A stretch of 64,000 nt of DNA from Myxococcota bacterium (GCA_036229005.1 JAZAMN010000032.1:1-64000), one strand, 5' to 3'. Positions 1 to 11,369 are shown, numbered from the stretch's first letter. Notes: generated by a model from the letters alone, not told the origin. Program-made: numbers and translations.

Positions 1-204
1 CCCCAGGCCCGCTACCACTACGCCGGCGCCGACGGCAGCCAGCAGGAGCTGGAGATCGCTGAGATCCAGGCCCGCATCGCCGCCGCGCCCCAGGGCCGCC
101 ACATGGTCTGGAAGGCCGGAATGGCCGGGTGGACCGCCGCGACCGAGCTGCCCGAGTTCCAGACCCAGGCCCCGCCCCCTCTGCCCCCGCCGCTGCCCGA
201 GTGA
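1..204 (+). CDS. C-terminal fragment of a GYF_2 (DUF4339)-domain protein, 5' end outside the window
   Basis: Frame 1 reads PQARYHY...MVWKAGMAGWTAATELPEF...PPPLPPPLPE*. The VWxxGMxxWxxxxELPE pattern and Pro-rich tail are typical of GYF_2. Not listed in the ORF track. Confidence 0.7.
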   Translation, partial: PQARYHYAGADGSQQELEIAEIQARIAAAPQGRHMVWKAGMAGWTAATELPEFQTQAPPPLPPPLPE

Positions 205-2210
205 GACAGGAGCGCCGCCGCCTCTGGAACCTCTCGCTCCTGGCCGCCGGCGCCACGCTCGTCATGTTCGCGGCGGTGGTGCTGGTCGCCATCGTGCGCT
301 CCACCACCATGCGGGAGACCCTGACCCAGAACTCCGAGTGGTCCGCCCAGCTCAACGAGGCCCTGGTCGTCATCCAGACCCACCCGCCCACCTCGGACGC
401 GGTGGACCGGGCCCTCCAGGAGGTGCTGGGCGTCGCCGTCGAGATCCAGAGCAGCCCCCTGGCGGACGAGACCCTGCCGCCCCAGGCCAAGGCCCTGGAG
501 GACCACACGCGGGTGCTGCAGGGCTCGCTGAACGACCCCAGCCTGGCCAGCTACGAGCGCACCCAGCTCTTTCGGGTGGCCGGCGCCTTGGACCGACAGC
601 TCCACGAGCTCTCCCGGGCGCAGGAGCGGAGCATGCAGACCGCCTGGGTCACCGTGCAGGTCACCAACATCGGCGCCATCGCCCTGGCCATCGCCCTCGT
701 CCTGCTGCTGGCCGGACTGCGCAAGCGCGCGCTCGCCGCCGAGGCCATGCAGGTCCGCCTGGAGTCCGCCCTGGCCCAGACCCAGCGGGCCCGTGAGCGC
801 GAACGCCAGGCCAGCCGCGCCAAGTCCGACTTCCTGGCCACCGTCAGCCACGAGATCCGCACCCCCCTCAACGCCATCCTGGGCTCCGCGGAGCTGCTGG
901 ACGCCCAGGACCTCTCCCCCGTCCAGACCGAGCGCGTGGGGGTGATCCGCGCCGGCGGCGAAGCCTTGCTGGGCCTGATCGACGCCGTCCTGGACCTCTC
1001 CCGCATCGAGTCCGGCGACCTGGAGCTCCGCCCCCGCCCCTTCCCCGTCCGCAACCTGCTGGAGGAGACCATCATGCTCTTCACCCAGCAGGCCGCCGAG
1101 CGCGGGCTGGAGCTCAACCTGGTCATGGCCGGAGACATCCCCCCGCTGCTGGGCGCCGACCCCGACCGCCTGCGCCAAGTGCTGGTCAACCTCTTGGGCA
1201 ACGCCATCAAGTTCACCCCCCAGGGCGAGGTCCAGCTCCGCGCCACCTGGGGCCCCGACGGGCTGCTCCTGGAGGTCCAGGACACCGGCCCCGGCATCCC
1301 CGTCCAGGACCAGTCCCGCATCCTGCGCAACTTCACCCAGCTCCACCAGCGCCGCGACGCAGGCTACGGCGGCGTCGGGCTGGGCCTGCCCATCTCCCTC
1401 AAGATCCTCCAGGCCATGGGCGGCGGTCTGAGCCTGGAGAGCGCCCCCGGCCGGGGCAGCACCTTCCGCGCGCGCGTGCCCGCCACCCCCCTCTCGCCCC
1501 CCGAGCCCCCCAACCTCTCCGGCCTGGGACACGTCGTGTGCGTGGGCCTGAGCGCCAGCGTCCGACGCGCCGCCCAGCAGCTCCGGCTCTGGCGCGTGGA
1601 CAGCCTGTGGGTGCCCAGCCTGGAGGGCCTGCGCCTGGACGAGGTCTCCATGGTCCTGGTCGATTGGGCTCTGCGGCTCCCCCCGGATCTGGGCCTACCG
1701 ACCATCCGCCTGCTGCCCCTGAGCCTGGCCGACGATCCCCCCGCAGACGAGGTCACCCTGGCGCTTCCCCTGCGCCCCAGCGGGCTCCTGCGCGCCCTGG
1801 CCGAGCCCCCGCCGCCCGCCACCCAGGAGCACCTGGTCAACCCCCGCCTGCGCGTGCTCGTGGTCGACGACCACGCCGGAAACCTGGCCGTGATGCGCGA
1901 CATGCTGGAGGCCCTGGACAGCACCGTGCTGTTGGCCCCCGGCGGCCAGGCCGCCCTGGACACCCTGGAGCGGGAGTCCGTGGACCTGGTGTTCATGGAC
2001 GTCGACATGCCCGACATCGACGGCCTGGAGTGCACCCGCCGCCTGCGCGCGCGGGGCAGCGCGGTCCCCATCCTGGGGCTCAGCGGCCACGCCACCTCCG
2101 AGGCGCAGCAGGCCGCTCTGGCGGCCGGCATGGACGACTACCTGACCAAGCCCGTGCGCCTGATGAGCCTGCGCCAGGCGCTCAACGGCTACCAGCGCGG
2201 GCGCCGCTGA
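201..2210 (+). CDS. Membrane hybrid sensor histidine kinase/response regulator
   Basis: Two TM segments, H-box FLATVSHEIRTPLN, NLLGNAIKFT, G-boxes, and a C-terminal REC (VLVVDD...FMDVDMP...LTKP). GTG start overlaps the upstream stop (GTGA). Confidence 0.92.
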   Translation: MRQERRRLWNLSLLAAGATLVMFAAVVLVAIVRSTTMRETLTQNSEWSAQLNEALVVIQTHPPTSDAVDRALQEVLGVAVEIQSSPLADETLPPQAKALEDHTRVLQGSLNDPSLASYERTQLFRVAGALDRQLHELSRAQERSMQTAWVTVQVTNIGAIALAIALVLLLAGLRKRALAAEAMQVRLESALAQTQRARERERQASRAKSDFLATVSHEIRTPLNAILGSAELLDAQDLSPVQTERVGVIRAGGEALLGLIDAVLDLSRIESGDLELRPRPFPVRNLLEETIMLFTQQAAERGLELNLVMAGDIPPLLGADPDRLRQVLVNLLGNAIKFTPQGEVQLRATWGPDGLLLEVQDTGPGIPVQDQSRILRNFTQLHQRRDAGYGGVGLGLPISLKILQAMGGGLSLESAPGRGSTFRARVPATPLSPPEPPNLSGLGHVVCVGLSASVRRAAQQLRLWRVDSLWVPSLEGLRLDEVSMVLVDWALRLPPDLGLPTIRLLPLSLADDPPADEVTLALPLRPSGLLRALAEPPPPATQEHLVNPRLRVLVVDDHAGNLAVMRDMLEALDSTVLLAPGGQAALDTLERESVDLVFMDVDMPDIDGLECTRRLRARGSAVPILGLSGHATSEAQQAALAAGMDDYLTKPVRLMSLRQALNGYQRGRR

Positions 2211-2213
2211 GCG

Positions 2214-3779
2214 TCAGCGGAACACCGGCGCGTCCCCGCAGTGGGCGTGCCCGGCGTGCCCGGCGCTCACCGGGACCCCCAGCGCGCGCGGAGCGACCAG
2301 CCCGGGCGCCTTGAAGGCCTGGGGGGACATCGCCGCGTCCTGGATGGCCCCCGCCGCCGCCTGCGCCAGGCGCACATAGAGCTCGGGGTCGATGTTCCCG
2401 GTGTCATCGCAGCCCTGGTGGTAGCAGGCGTCGTAGGCCTGCCCCGCCCGTCCGCCAAAGTCGGCGGCCTCCTGCTCCGTCTTCACGCCGCTGGCCCCCG
2501 AGAACAGCCCCCCCGTCGGGATCCCGTAGGCCGCGAAGCCGTAGCTGTCGCTGGGCACGCCCAGGCCCACGGCCACCGTCGGCGTGTCCCCCAGTCGCTG
2601 GTCCAGCAGCGCCTCCAGGGCGTCCGAGCCGGCCGGATTGCCGCTGGGGTGCGGGTACTGCGCCTGCCCGGCGGAGCCGTCCCCGTCGTAGAGGAAGACC
2701 ACCCCGTTGTCGCTGCCCAGCATGTCGAAGTTGAAGGCCGCGTCCACCGCCTGCAGCTCCCCGGGCGCCTCCTGGGCCACCCGGTCCAGCCAGGCCAGCG
2801 AGCCGATCAGCCCGTGCTCTTCGGCGCCCCAGAAGGAGAACTGCACCTGGTGCTCCAGGGGCAGGTCGGCGGCGGCCAATTGAATGGCGGTCTCCAGCAC
2901 CGCCGCGGTGCCCGAGCCGTTGTCGTTGATCCCTGGGCCGGCCTGCACCGAGTCCAGGTGCGCGCCCACGTGCACGCGCAGCCCAGGGTCTCCCGCGGCG
3001 CTGTAGGCGTGCAGGTTGTGGTCCACCGCCTCGGTCACCGAGAGGTCCACGCTCAGCCGCACCTCGCTGGCGGACGAGAGGCTGACCCCCGTGTCGTAGG
3101 ACAAGGCCAGTACGGGGATGGGGACGCTGGCCCCCAGGCTCCCCGAGAACAGCTCCTTCCTCCCGCTCTGCCCCTCGTTGAAGATCAGCACGGCGACCGC
3201 GCCCGCCGCCTGCGCCCGCGCGACCTTGTCGGAGAAGGTGCAGCTCCCCCGCTGAATCAGGGCCACCGAGCCGGCCTGGAAGTCCGCGAAGTCGGCGTCC
3301 TCGCAGCCGCTGGTGCTGCTGTTGGCGCCGCCGCTGGGGGGGATGCTCAGGTCCACGCCCTGCAGGGGGGCGGAGATCTCGCCGCTGCCGGAACCCGGGA
3401 ACACCCCGAAGCCCTCGTTGAGCGCAAAGCTCTGCGAATCCGTCCCCAGCGAGGCGCTGTTGAGCGTGCTGCGCGTGACCGTGAAGGCCTCCCGCTCCAC
3501 CTCGTAGCCGGCGGCCTCGAGCTGCCCCTGCACGTAGTCCAGGCTGGCAAAGTAGCCGGCGCTCCAGGCCTCCCGGTGCCCGCTGTTCTCGTCGGCGATG
3601 GCCTGCAGGGCGTCCAGGTGCCCCAGCAGGGCCTCCTGGGTGACCGCCTGGGCCAGATCCACCGCCTCTCCACTGTCGGAGGGGCTGTCCGCGGGGCTGT
3701 CCGGGCGCGAGTCCTCGACCGGGGCGATGGGGTCCAGGGCCACCTGTCCCCCGCTGCACGCGAGCAGAAGCAGAAACAT
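2214..3779 (-). CDS. M28-family aminopeptidase with PA domain, lipoprotein
   Basis: GAHLDSV, GINDNGSG, FWGAEEHGL and CYHQGCD motifs; PA domain LIQRGSCTF; N-terminus MFLLLLAC. Start re-assigned to the ATG overlapping the upstream stop. Confidence 0.9.
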   Translation of the reverse strand: MFLLLLACSGGQVALDPIAPVEDSRPDSPADSPSDSGEAVDLAQAVTQEALLGHLDALQAIADENSGHREAWSAGYFASLDYVQGQLEAAGYEVEREAFTVTRSTLNSASLGTDSQSFALNEGFGVFPGSGSGEISAPLQGVDLSIPPSGGANSSTSGCEDADFADFQAGSVALIQRGSCTFSDKVARAQAAGAVAVLIFNEGQSGRKELFSGSLGASVPIPVLALSYDTGVSLSSASEVRLSVDLSVTEAVDHNLHAYSAAGDPGLRVHVGAHLDSVQAGPGINDNGSGTAAVLETAIQLAAADLPLEHQVQFSFWGAEEHGLIGSLAWLDRVAQEAPGELQAVDAAFNFDMLGSDNGVVFLYDGDGSAGQAQYPHPSGNPAGSDALEALLDQRLGDTPTVAVGLGVPSDSYGFAAYGIPTGGLFSGASGVKTEQEAADFGGRAGQAYDACYHQGCDDTGNIDPELYVRLAQAAAGAIQDAAMSPQAFKAPGLVAPRALGVPVSAGHAGHAHCGDAPVFR

Positions 3780-6091
3780 CACCAGCTCCCCTTGAGGCCG
3801 CCGTAGGCCCCCATGTCGGTCACCGAGCCGTCCGCGTCGCGGGTCTCGGGGTCGCCCGCGTCGATCATCGGCGAGCCGCTGTCCAGGTGCAGGTCCCAGC
3901 CCGTGGGCTCGCCGGAGGTGTACACGTAGCGCGGGTCCTTGGCGTACTGGTTGAGGGTGGGGTTCCAGGTCCCCGTCTTGTAGAGGTCGTCCTCGCCGCA
4001 GTCGTTGCCGTAGAGGTTCAGGTAGTCCAGGTCCGCGGTGGTGGTCCCCGAGCTCGTGTAGAAGAACAGGGCGTAGTCCCGGAAGTCCGCCGTGCAGCCG
4101 TTGTCGACCGCGTTCACGCTGCGCACGCGCAGATCGGAGCCGGTGCTGGCATAGAACACCAGGCTGTAGACGATGTTCACGTCGGCCACGGTGTTGCCCA
4201 CCACGTCGGCGTTCTCGACGTTCAGCTCCGAGCCGTAGCTGTAGAAGGTGCCGAACACGTTGCTGGTCGCGCCCGCGCCCTCCAGGTCGTTGCCCGCGAC
4301 CACCACGTTGGTGGCCTTGACCTGGGAGTCGCCGGTGGTCGTGTTGCTGGCCGAGGCCCGCAGCGCGTAGCCGTAGATGTGCCCGGCGGTGGCCATGTCG
4401 TTGTCGATCAGGGCCAGGCGCGCCCCGTCGAAGCGGGTGTGGCTGCCCGCGTAGTAGAGCTGCGGGAAGAGGTTCGCACCGGCCCACAGCACGTTGTCCC
4501 GCACGGTCCAGTCGCGCGCGCTGACCTCCGAGCCGTTCCCGCGGGTGTACCAGCCGTAGAGCGAGCCCTCGGCCTGGACGCTGTTGTCGTGGAGCTCCAG
4601 GCCGTCGATCTCGGCCACGCAGTCGTCCGCGCCCCAGCCCTGCCAGTAGAGGCTGTTCTCCGCGGCCAGGCTGGAGTCGTAAACGCGCACATCCTGCAGC
4701 GCGGTCAGGCCGCCGTTCTCGCAGTGCCAGAGCCCGAAGACGTTGTTGTCGTGGGACACGTCCAGGCCGCTGACCTCGACGCCGCGCAGGCTCAGGTCCG
4801 CCCCGTCCTCGGTGAAGCCCACGATCCCCCGGCATGCGGTGCCGGCCTCACAGTCCAGGTCGGTGAAGCTCACGTTCTCGACGAGGAAGGATCCTCCTGA
4901 GACCCACACCCCGGCCCCCTCATTGGAGACGCCGCCCTGGATCTGCACCTCGCCGATGGATCCACCCCCGGTCGAGGACACCTGGATGACAGGCCCCGCG
5001 CCGCTGCCCTGGAGCACGACGCTCTCGCCGACCACGCCGCGCAGGTCCACGTCGCGGTCCCAGTCCAGGTCTTCGCTGTAGGTGCCGCCGGAGACGCAGG
5101 CGCCCTCGCCCTCGGGCAGGCCGTCGATGGCGTCCTGGAGGCTGGAGAAGTCCCCCGGCACCGCGTAGCTGGGGTCGATGTCCCCGTCGCAGTCGTTGTC
5201 CAGGCCGTCGCAGAGCTCGGAGGCGTCCGGGTGCACCGTGTCGTCGCTGTCGTCGCAGTCGTCGGGCTCCGCGCCGTAGCCGATGGGCTGGACGCAGCGG
5301 TAGATCGGGCTGCCCGTGCCGTAGTCGTCGCCGTCGGCGTCGGCGTACCAGTCGTAGGCGTCCACGGCGCTGTCCTCGTCGACCACGCCGTCGCAGTTGT
5401 TGTCGATCTCGTCGCAGTACTCGTCGGCACCGGGGTTGATGGTGTCGTCGCTGTCGTCGCAGTCGTCGGCGCCGATCGTGAAGCCCTCGGGCCCCTCGCA
5501 GGCCTGCACCGCGTACTGGCTCTGGCCGTAGCCGTCCCCGTCGCCGTCCGCGTACCACCAGGTGTCGGGGTGGATCGCGGCGTCGCTGTCGTCGCAGTCG
5601 TCGTCGTTGGCGACCACGCCCTCGTAGGGGCCGCAGGCCAGGATCTCCTCGTCCGGATCGCCGTAGCCGTCCAGGTCGTTGTCCTCGTAGTGGATCGACG
5701 CGGTGCTGCGGTCCACGCTCTCGTCGTCGCCGTCCAGCTTGCCGTCGCAGTCGTTGTCCACGCCGTCACAGACCTCCTGCCCGTCGGGGAAGGCCAGAGG
5801 CTCCAGGTCGTCGCAGTCGCCGCCAAGCTCCACGAAGCCCAGGGGCGCCTCGCAGGCGAGCTGGCTGAGGTCATCCGCCCCGTAGCCGTCGCGGTCCCCG
5901 TCCAGGTACCAGGTGGTGGCGTCGCTGGCCTCGTTGTCGATCAGGCCGTCGCAGTCGTTGTCGATGCCATCGCAGATCTCCTCGGCGTCGGGGGAGACCG
6001 CCGGGTTGTCGGGGGCGCAGTCCTCGCTGTCCTTGAAGCCATCGCCGTCCGAGTCGCCGCAGGCCAGCAGCAGCGCCAGTGTCCAGAGCAT
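3779..6091 (-). CDS. Lipoprotein with DCDD/'putative metal-binding motif' repeats and a beta-helix-like C-terminal domain
   Basis: [11 protein letters not shown]; repeated WYxDxDGDGYG...DCDD...P.A.E.CDxxDNxC units; C-terminal [15 protein letters not shown]...DMGAYGG; SD GGAGG upstream. Confidence 0.85.
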   Translation of the reverse strand: MLWTLALLLACGDSDGDGFKDSEDCAPDNPAVSPDAEEICDGIDNDCDGLIDNEASDATTWYLDGDRDGYGADDLSQLACEAPLGFVELGGDCDDLEPLAFPDGQEVCDGVDNDCDGKLDGDDESVDRSTASIHYEDNDLDGYGDPDEEILACGPYEGVVANDDDCDDSDAAIHPDTWWYADGDGDGYGQSQYAVQACEGPEGFTIGADDCDDSDDTINPGADEYCDEIDNNCDGVVDEDSAVDAYDWYADADGDDYGTGSPIYRCVQPIGYGAEPDDCDDSDDTVHPDASELCDGLDNDCDGDIDPSYAVPGDFSSLQDAIDGLPEGEGACVSGGTYSEDLDWDRDVDLRGVVGESVVLQGSGAGPVIQVSSTGGGSIGEVQIQGGVSNEGAGVWVSGGSFLVENVSFTDLDCEAGTACRGIVGFTEDGADLSLRGVEVSGLDVSHDNNVFGLWHCENGGLTALQDVRVYDSSLAAENSLYWQGWGADDCVAEIDGLELHDNSVQAEGSLYGWYTRGNGSEVSARDWTVRDNVLWAGANLFPQLYYAGSHTRFDGARLALIDNDMATAGHIYGYALRASASNTTTGDSQVKATNVVVAGNDLEGAGATSNVFGTFYSYGSELNVENADVVGNTVADVNIVYSLVFYASTGSDLRVRSVNAVDNGCTADFRDYALFFYTSSGTTTADLDYLNLYGNDCGEDDLYKTGTWNPTLNQYAKDPRYVYTSGEPTGWDLHLDSGSPMIDAGDPETRDADGSVTDMGAYGGLKGSW

Positions 6092-6148
6092 GGGGGGTCC
6101 TCCATCGGCGGACAGCATAGACTCTCAGGCCCCGCCCGGAGTCCCTCG

Positions 6149-9100
6149 ATGCGCCGCCTGCTCCCCCTCAGCGCCCTGCTTGCCGCCTCCCTGGCCGCTC
6201 TCGCCGCCGAGTCGCCCTCTGTGGACACCGCCGTCGCGCCCCAGGCCCGCTACCAGGCCACGGTGCAGGAGGGGACCTGGATGGACCTGGACGTCTCCCC
6301 GGACGGCCGCTCCATCGCGTTCTCGCTGCTGGGGCAGATCTACGTCATGCCCATCACCGGCGGCCCCGCCACGCGCCTGAGCGGCGACGACAAGGGCTGG
6401 CACATGCACCCCCGCTACAGCCCGGACGGGCAGCGCATCGCCTTCACCTCGGACCTGGGCGGCGGCGACAACCTGTGGGTGATGGACGCAGACGGACAGA
6501 ACGCGCGCCAGATCAGCCAGGAGGACTTCCGCCTGGTGGCGCAGCCGGACTGGACGCCGGACGGCCGCTTCGTCTACGGCCGCAAGCACTTCACGGGCAC
6601 CCGCTCCCTGGGCACCGGGGAGATCTGGGCCTGGCCGGTGGACGGGCAGGGCAGCGGCGTGCAGTGGACCGAGCGCGGCCACCTGGAGGCCGACGTCAAC
6701 GAACCCCACCTGGACCCCAGCGGTCTGTGGCTCTACACCACCGAGCGCGGGCCCTTCGAGTACAACCGCGACCCCTACTCCGGCATCTACCGGGTGAGCC
6801 GGCGGCACATGGTCACGGGCGAGACCGAGTTCGTGGCGGGCGGCTACGGCGGCGCGATCCGGCCCCAGGTCAGCCCCGACGGCACCCAGCTCGGCTACCT
6901 GCGCCGACACCCCGACGGCCTGCGGGACGAGCTGGTGGTGCGCGACCTGGTCACCGGCGCGGAGGCGGTCTGGTGGGACGGCCTGGACCGCGACCAGCAG
7001 GAGACCTGGGCCAACTTCGGCGCGTACCCGACCTGGGCCTGGACGCCCGATGGGGACGCCGTGCTCTTTGCCCAGGGCGGCTTCTTCCGGGTCAGTGAGC
7101 CGACGGAGAGCGACCCCAAGGTTGAGCGCATCGCGTTCTCCGCCCAGATCGACCGCAGCCTGGACCGCCCCCACCGCGTGCAGCGCGAGGCCTCGCCGGA
7201 GACTGTGGAGGCCAAGGTCGTGCGCTGGCCACGCCGCTCCTCGCAGGGGGACTGGGTGTTCCAGGCGCTGGGGCGGATCTGGGTCCAGGAGGTGGGACAG
7301 GCACCCAAGGCCATCTCCGATCCCTCCTCCCTGGCCTACGCCCCCTCCTGGTCCCCCGACGGCAGCGAGCTGGTCTACGTGGTCTGGGACGACGACAAGG
7401 GCGGCGCGCTGATCCGACAGCCTCTGAACGGCGCGCCCCAGCGGGTGGCCACGGAGCCGGGCCTGGCGATGTCCCCCAGCTTCTCCCAGGACGGAGAGGC
7501 TCTGGTGTGGCTGCAGGACGCGGGCCAATCGCTACGGGATCGCCCCGGGTCGGTCGGCAGCTTCAGAGTGCTCTGGTCCGCCGGCGAGGACACGCATGAC
7601 GCGGGCACCGTGGCCAACCTGGGCTCCGGCGTGCGCACCCCCCGCCCCGAGCTGCGCGGCGACCGCATCCTGTTCACCGACCGGGTGGACGGCGACATCG
7701 CGCTGGTGAGCGTGGACCTGCAGGGGCACGACCGGCGGGTGCTCGCGACCGGGGGCAGCGTGGCGGAGATCCAGCTCTCCCCGGACGGCCAGTGGATCGC
7801 GTGGAAGGACCGGCACCAGGCCTACGTCGCGCCCATGCCAATCACGGCAGGCAAGGCGTTGAACCTGGACTCTCCCGGAGTCCCCAAGGCGCGACTGAGC
7901 GGCGATCTGGGGGAGTGGCTGGACTGGGAGGGGACCGTGCTGTCCTACGCCGCTGGGCCCACCGTCTGGACCGTCGACCTGGCCCAGGGCCTGCCGGAGT
8001 CCGCGTCCGCACCCGAGGTCACCTCGACCCGCCGCGACCCCTGGCCCGTGGCGCTCCCTGAGCCCGTCGGCGTGGAGCAGCAGCTCAGCGTGTCGGTGGA
8101 CCGGCCCCAGCACAGCGAGCTCCTGGCCCTGGTGGGCGCGCAGGTGATCCCGGTGGTCGGCGACCCCATCCCGGACGGCGTGGTGCTGGTGCAGGGGGAG
8201 CGCATCCTGGCGGTCGGGCCGCGCTCCGAGGTGGAGATCCCCGCGGGCGCGCAGGTCCTGGAGCTGCCCGGCCACAGCGTGTTCCCGGGGCTTGTGGACG
8301 TGCACGCGCACATGGGCTTTGGGTGGGCCGACGTGTCCCCAGAGACCGTGCCGGCCTACACCGCGAACCTGGCCTATGGCGTGACCACCACCCACGACCC
8401 CAGCGCGAACACGCACTTTGTGTTCGCCCAGCACGAGCTGGTGGAGGCCGGACGCATCGTGGGGCCGCGGGTGCTGTCCACGGGCGGCATCCTGTACGGC
8501 GCAGACAGCGACGACAAGGCCATCATCGAGAGCCTGGACGACGCGCGCGGGCACCTCTCGCGCATGGCGCGCTACGGCGCCTTCTCGGTCAAGAGCTACA
8601 ACCAGCCGCGGCGGGATCAGCGGCGCTGGGTGCTCCAGGCGGCCGCCGAGCGGGACATGCTGGTGATGCCCGAGGGCGGCAGCACCCTGGCCCACAACCT
8701 GACGATGATCCTGGACGGACACAGCGGCATCGAGCACGCGCTGCCCGTGGAGCAGCTCGCCGCCGACGTGGTGGGGCTCTGGGAGGCCGCCGAGGGCGTG
8801 TTCTACACCCCCACGCTGCTGGTCGGGTACGGCGGGCTGATGGGCGAGCACGCCTTCTACCAGCGGCAGGAGATCTGGAAGGAGGCGCTGCTGCAGGCCT
8901 GGACGCCCCGCGGCGAGCTGGAGGCCAAGGGCAAGCGCCGGACCATGGCGCCCCCGGAGGACTGGCAGCACGTGCGCCTGGCGGCCACGGCCAAGACCCT
9001 GAGCGAAGCGGGCGTGCGGGTGAACCTGGGCGCGCACGGGCAGCTCCAGGGCCTGGGCCCCCACTGGGAGCTCTGGGGGCTGGTGGACGGCGGCTGGGAC

Positions 9101-9406
9101 AACGCGGAGGCCCTGCGCGCGGCCACCCTGAACGGCGCCGCCTACCTGGGCATGGACGGGGACATCGGCAGCCTGGAGCCGGGCAAGCTGGCGGAGCTGG
9201 TGGTGGTCGAGGGGGACCCGCTCACGGACATCCACGACAGCGCGCAGGTGCGCCACGTGCTGGTGCGCGGCCGGCTGCTGGACCCCATGACCCTGGAGGC
9301 CTCCTGGCCGGCGCAGGATGCTGGCCCGCAGGTCACCCGCTGGTGGGAGGACGGTCGCGTCTGGCTGCCCTGGGAGGCCGGGGCCTGCGCCCACAGCCAC
9401 AACTGA
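6149..9406 (+). CDS. Secreted amidohydrolase-family protein with N-terminal TolB/PD40 beta-propellers
   Basis: Signal peptide, repeated SPDG units, PGLVDVHAH, and GSLEPGKLAELVVV. Confidence 0.9.
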   Translation: MRRLLPLSALLAASLAALAAESPSVDTAVAPQARYQATVQEGTWMDLDVSPDGRSIAFSLLGQIYVMPITGGPATRLSGDDKGWHMHPRYSPDGQRIAFTSDLGGGDNLWVMDADGQNARQISQEDFRLVAQPDWTPDGRFVYGRKHFTGTRSLGTGEIWAWPVDGQGSGVQWTERGHLEADVNEPHLDPSGLWLYTTERGPFEYNRDPYSGIYRVSRRHMVTGETEFVAGGYGGAIRPQVSPDGTQLGYLRRHPDGLRDELVVRDLVTGAEAVWWDGLDRDQQETWANFGAYPTWAWTPDGDAVLFAQGGFFRVSEPTESDPKVERIAFSAQIDRSLDRPHRVQREASPETVEAKVVRWPRRSSQGDWVFQALGRIWVQEVGQAPKAISDPSSLAYAPSWSPDGSELVYVVWDDDKGGALIRQPLNGAPQRVATEPGLAMSPSFSQDGEALVWLQDAGQSLRDRPGSVGSFRVLWSAGEDTHDAGTVANLGSGVRTPRPELRGDRILFTDRVDGDIALVSVDLQGHDRRVLATGGSVAEIQLSPDGQWIAWKDRHQAYVAPMPITAGKALNLDSPGVPKARLSGDLGEWLDWEGTVLSYAAGPTVWTVDLAQGLPESASAPEVTSTRRDPWPVALPEPVGVEQQLSVSVDRPQHSELLALVGAQVIPVVGDPIPDGVVLVQGERILAVGPRSEVEIPAGAQVLELPGHSVFPGLVDVHAHMGFGWADVSPETVPAYTANLAYGVTTTHDPSANTHFVFAQHELVEAGRIVGPRVLSTGGILYGADSDDKAIIESLDDARGHLSRMARYGAFSVKSYNQPRRDQRRWVLQAAAERDMLVMPEGGSTLAHNLTMILDGHSGIEHALPVEQLAADVVGLWEAAEGVFYTPTLLVGYGGLMGEHAFYQRQEIWKEALLQAWTPRGELEAKGKRRTMAPPEDWQHVRLAATAKTLSEAGVRVNLGAHGQLQGLGPHWELWGLVDGGWDNAEALRAATLNGAAYLGMDGDIGSLEPGKLAELVVVEGDPLTDIHDSAQVRHVLVRGRLLDPMTLEASWPAQDAGPQVTRWWEDGRVWLPWEAGACAHSHN

Positions 9407-9410
9407 GGGA

Positions 9411-11369
9411 TCAGCTCGCGGGCCTTCCGGTGACCTCGCTGAGGCAATCCAGGAGCTGCTTCTGGAAGAAGGGCTTGGCCAGGAAGGCGGTGCGGGGGAG
9501 TTGACTGAGGGCCCCAACCCTCCCTGTGGGCTCGAAGCCGCTCATGAGGATCACAGGCTGCTCTGGGCAGCTTCGCCGCACAGCCTCGAGCAGGTCCGCC
9601 CCGCTCATGCCGGGCATGCGCATGTCCGCGAGCAGGACCGCGATGGCGTTGGGGTTGGCCACATAGCGGGCCAGGGCCTCTTCGCCGGAGTTGGCCTCCC
9701 AGACCTCCCAGCCCAGGCGCCGCAGCATGCGCGAGGTCACGCGGCGCACCAGCGGCTGGTCGTCCACCACCAGGATGCGCCGCAGGCCACCACCAGGGGT
9801 CTCCACAGGCTCGGTGCTGCCCGAGGACTCCTCTTCGCTGGACTCGGTGAGAGGGAGCCCGACGGTGAAGTGGGTGCCCTTGCCGGGGGTGGACTCCACC
9901 ATCAGGAAGCCGCGGTGCCCCTGGACAATGCCCAGCGAGGCCGCCAGGCCCAGCCCGTGGCCGTCCTGCCGGGTGGTGAAGAAGGGGTCGAAGATGCGGG
10001 AGAGCGTGGCCTCGTCGATGCCGACGCCTTGGTCGATCACGTGGATCAGCACGTGCTTGCCGGGCTCGGCCTGCTCGGAGCTCCAGGCCCGCTTGAGCTC
10101 GTTCATCTTCACGTTGCGGGTCTCGGTGGTCACGCGGATGCGCCCGCCCTCATCCGGGGTGGCCTGCCCGGCGTTGACCACCAGGTTCATGACGACCTGC
10201 TGGAGCTGGGTCTGGTCGGCGACCACCCGGCACTCCTCGGCGTCCAGGTGAAGCTCCACGCGCACCCGATTGCTGACCATGGCCCGGAACAGGCCCTGCA
10301 TGTTCTCCAGCGCCGCGTGCAGGTCCACGGGCTTGACCACGAACTCCCCGCGACCGGAGAACGCCAGGAGCTGCCGGGTCAGGTCCTTGGCCTTGTTCGC
10401 GGCCTGCTCCACCAGGTCCAGGGACTCGACGGCGGGGTGCCCCTCGAGCTCGTCCTTGGCGACGATCAGGCCGGTGAGCATGGCCATGAGCAGGTTGTTG
10501 TAGTCGTGGGCCACGCCGCCCGCGAGCACCGAGAGGCTCTCCATCCGGGAGAGGCGCGCCAGGTTCTCGGTCATCAGCCGCTTGTTCTGCTCGGCCTTGA
10601 TCTCCGCGGTGACGTTCCGCAGGGTCCCGACCACCCGCCGCGCGCGCCCCTTGTCGCCCCGCTCGATGACGCGCCCCTGGGCGTCCACGGTGAGCCAGGC
10701 GCCCTGCTGGTTCTGCACGCGCATGCGCACGGCGAGCAGCTTGGAGTCGCCCCGCAGGTGCGCCACCATGGCGTCCTGGAGCTTCGGGAGGTCCTCTGGG
10801 TGGATCAGCTCGGAGATCTTCTCCCAGCTCGTGGGCAGCGTGAAGCGCTCGTAGCCAGTGATGGCCGCCAGGCGCGAGTCACAGAGGATCTGGTTGCTGG
10901 CGAGGTCGGCCTCCCACAGACCCAGCCCGGCCGTGGAGATGGCGAGGCTCAGGCGCTCCTCGCTCCGCAGCAGGTCCCGCCGAGCCCCCTCGGCTTCGGT
11001 GACATCGTCCACCAGGAAGATCGCGCCACCGTCGGGGAGCAGGCTGGCGTTCACGGCGATCTCGCGGCGCGTGCTGCCGGGCCAACGCACCAGCAGGCGC
11101 TGGCCCCGGACGGGGACCTCCTGCTCCTTGAGGCGCGCCAGGGGGAACTCTTGAGGCGAGAGCTCCCGCCCATCCCGTTTGCAGATACCAAAGCGCGGGT
11201 CGTCCAGGCGGCTGCCTACAAGCTCGCTGAGGGGCCAACCAAGGATCTCCTCGGCCTGCGCCGAGGCCTCCAGCACCACCCCCGCGGAGTCCAGCCGCAG
11301 CCACGCCGCCTTGCTGAGCGCGAGGGTGCGGGCCAACAAGCTGTCGGCGCTGAGTCTGGAATCGCTCAC
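9411..11369 (-). CDS. PAS-domain hybrid histidine kinase/response regulator (CckA-like architecture)
   Basis: Two PAS domains, LAGGVAHDYNNLL, MNLVVNA, FDPFFTT..GHGLGL, and a C-terminal REC. Confidence 0.92.
   Translation of the reverse strand: MSDSRLSADSLLARTLALSKAAWLRLDSAGVVLEASAQAEEILGWPLSELVGSRLDDPRFGICKRDGRELSPQEFPLARLKEQEVPVRGQRLLVRWPGSTRREIAVNASLLPDGGAIFLVDDVTEAEGARRDLLRSEERLSLAISTAGLGLWEADLASNQILCDSRLAAITGYERFTLPTSWEKISELIHPEDLPKLQDAMVAHLRGDSKLLAVRMRVQNQQGAWLTVDAQGRVIERGDKGRARRVVGTLRNVTAEIKAEQNKRLMTENLARLSRMESLSVLAGGVAHDYNNLLMAMLTGLIVAKDELEGHPAVESLDLVEQAANKAKDLTRQLLAFSGRGEFVVKPVDLHAALENMQGLFRAMVSNRVRVELHLDAEECRVVADQTQLQQVVMNLVVNAGQATPDEGGRIRVTTETRNVKMNELKRAWSSEQAEPGKHVLIHVIDQGVGIDEATLSRIFDPFFTTRQDGHGLGLAASLGIVQGHRGFLMVESTPGKGTHFTVGLPLTESSEEESSGSTEPVETPGGGLRRILVVDDQPLVRRVTSRMLRRLGWEVWEANSGEEALARYVANPNAIAVLLADMRMPGMSGADLLEAVRRSCPEQPVILMSGFEPTGRVGALSQLPRTAFLAKPFFQKQLLDCLSEVTGRPAS

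Noticed and set aside
5231..6148. N-terminal extensions in the ORF track (amidohydrolase, M28 peptidase, pfkA, GT2, cheD, Clp, Fpg)
   Set aside because: They overlap neighbouring genes. Downstream starts have an SD, a coupled stop or a signal peptide and match family N-termini.
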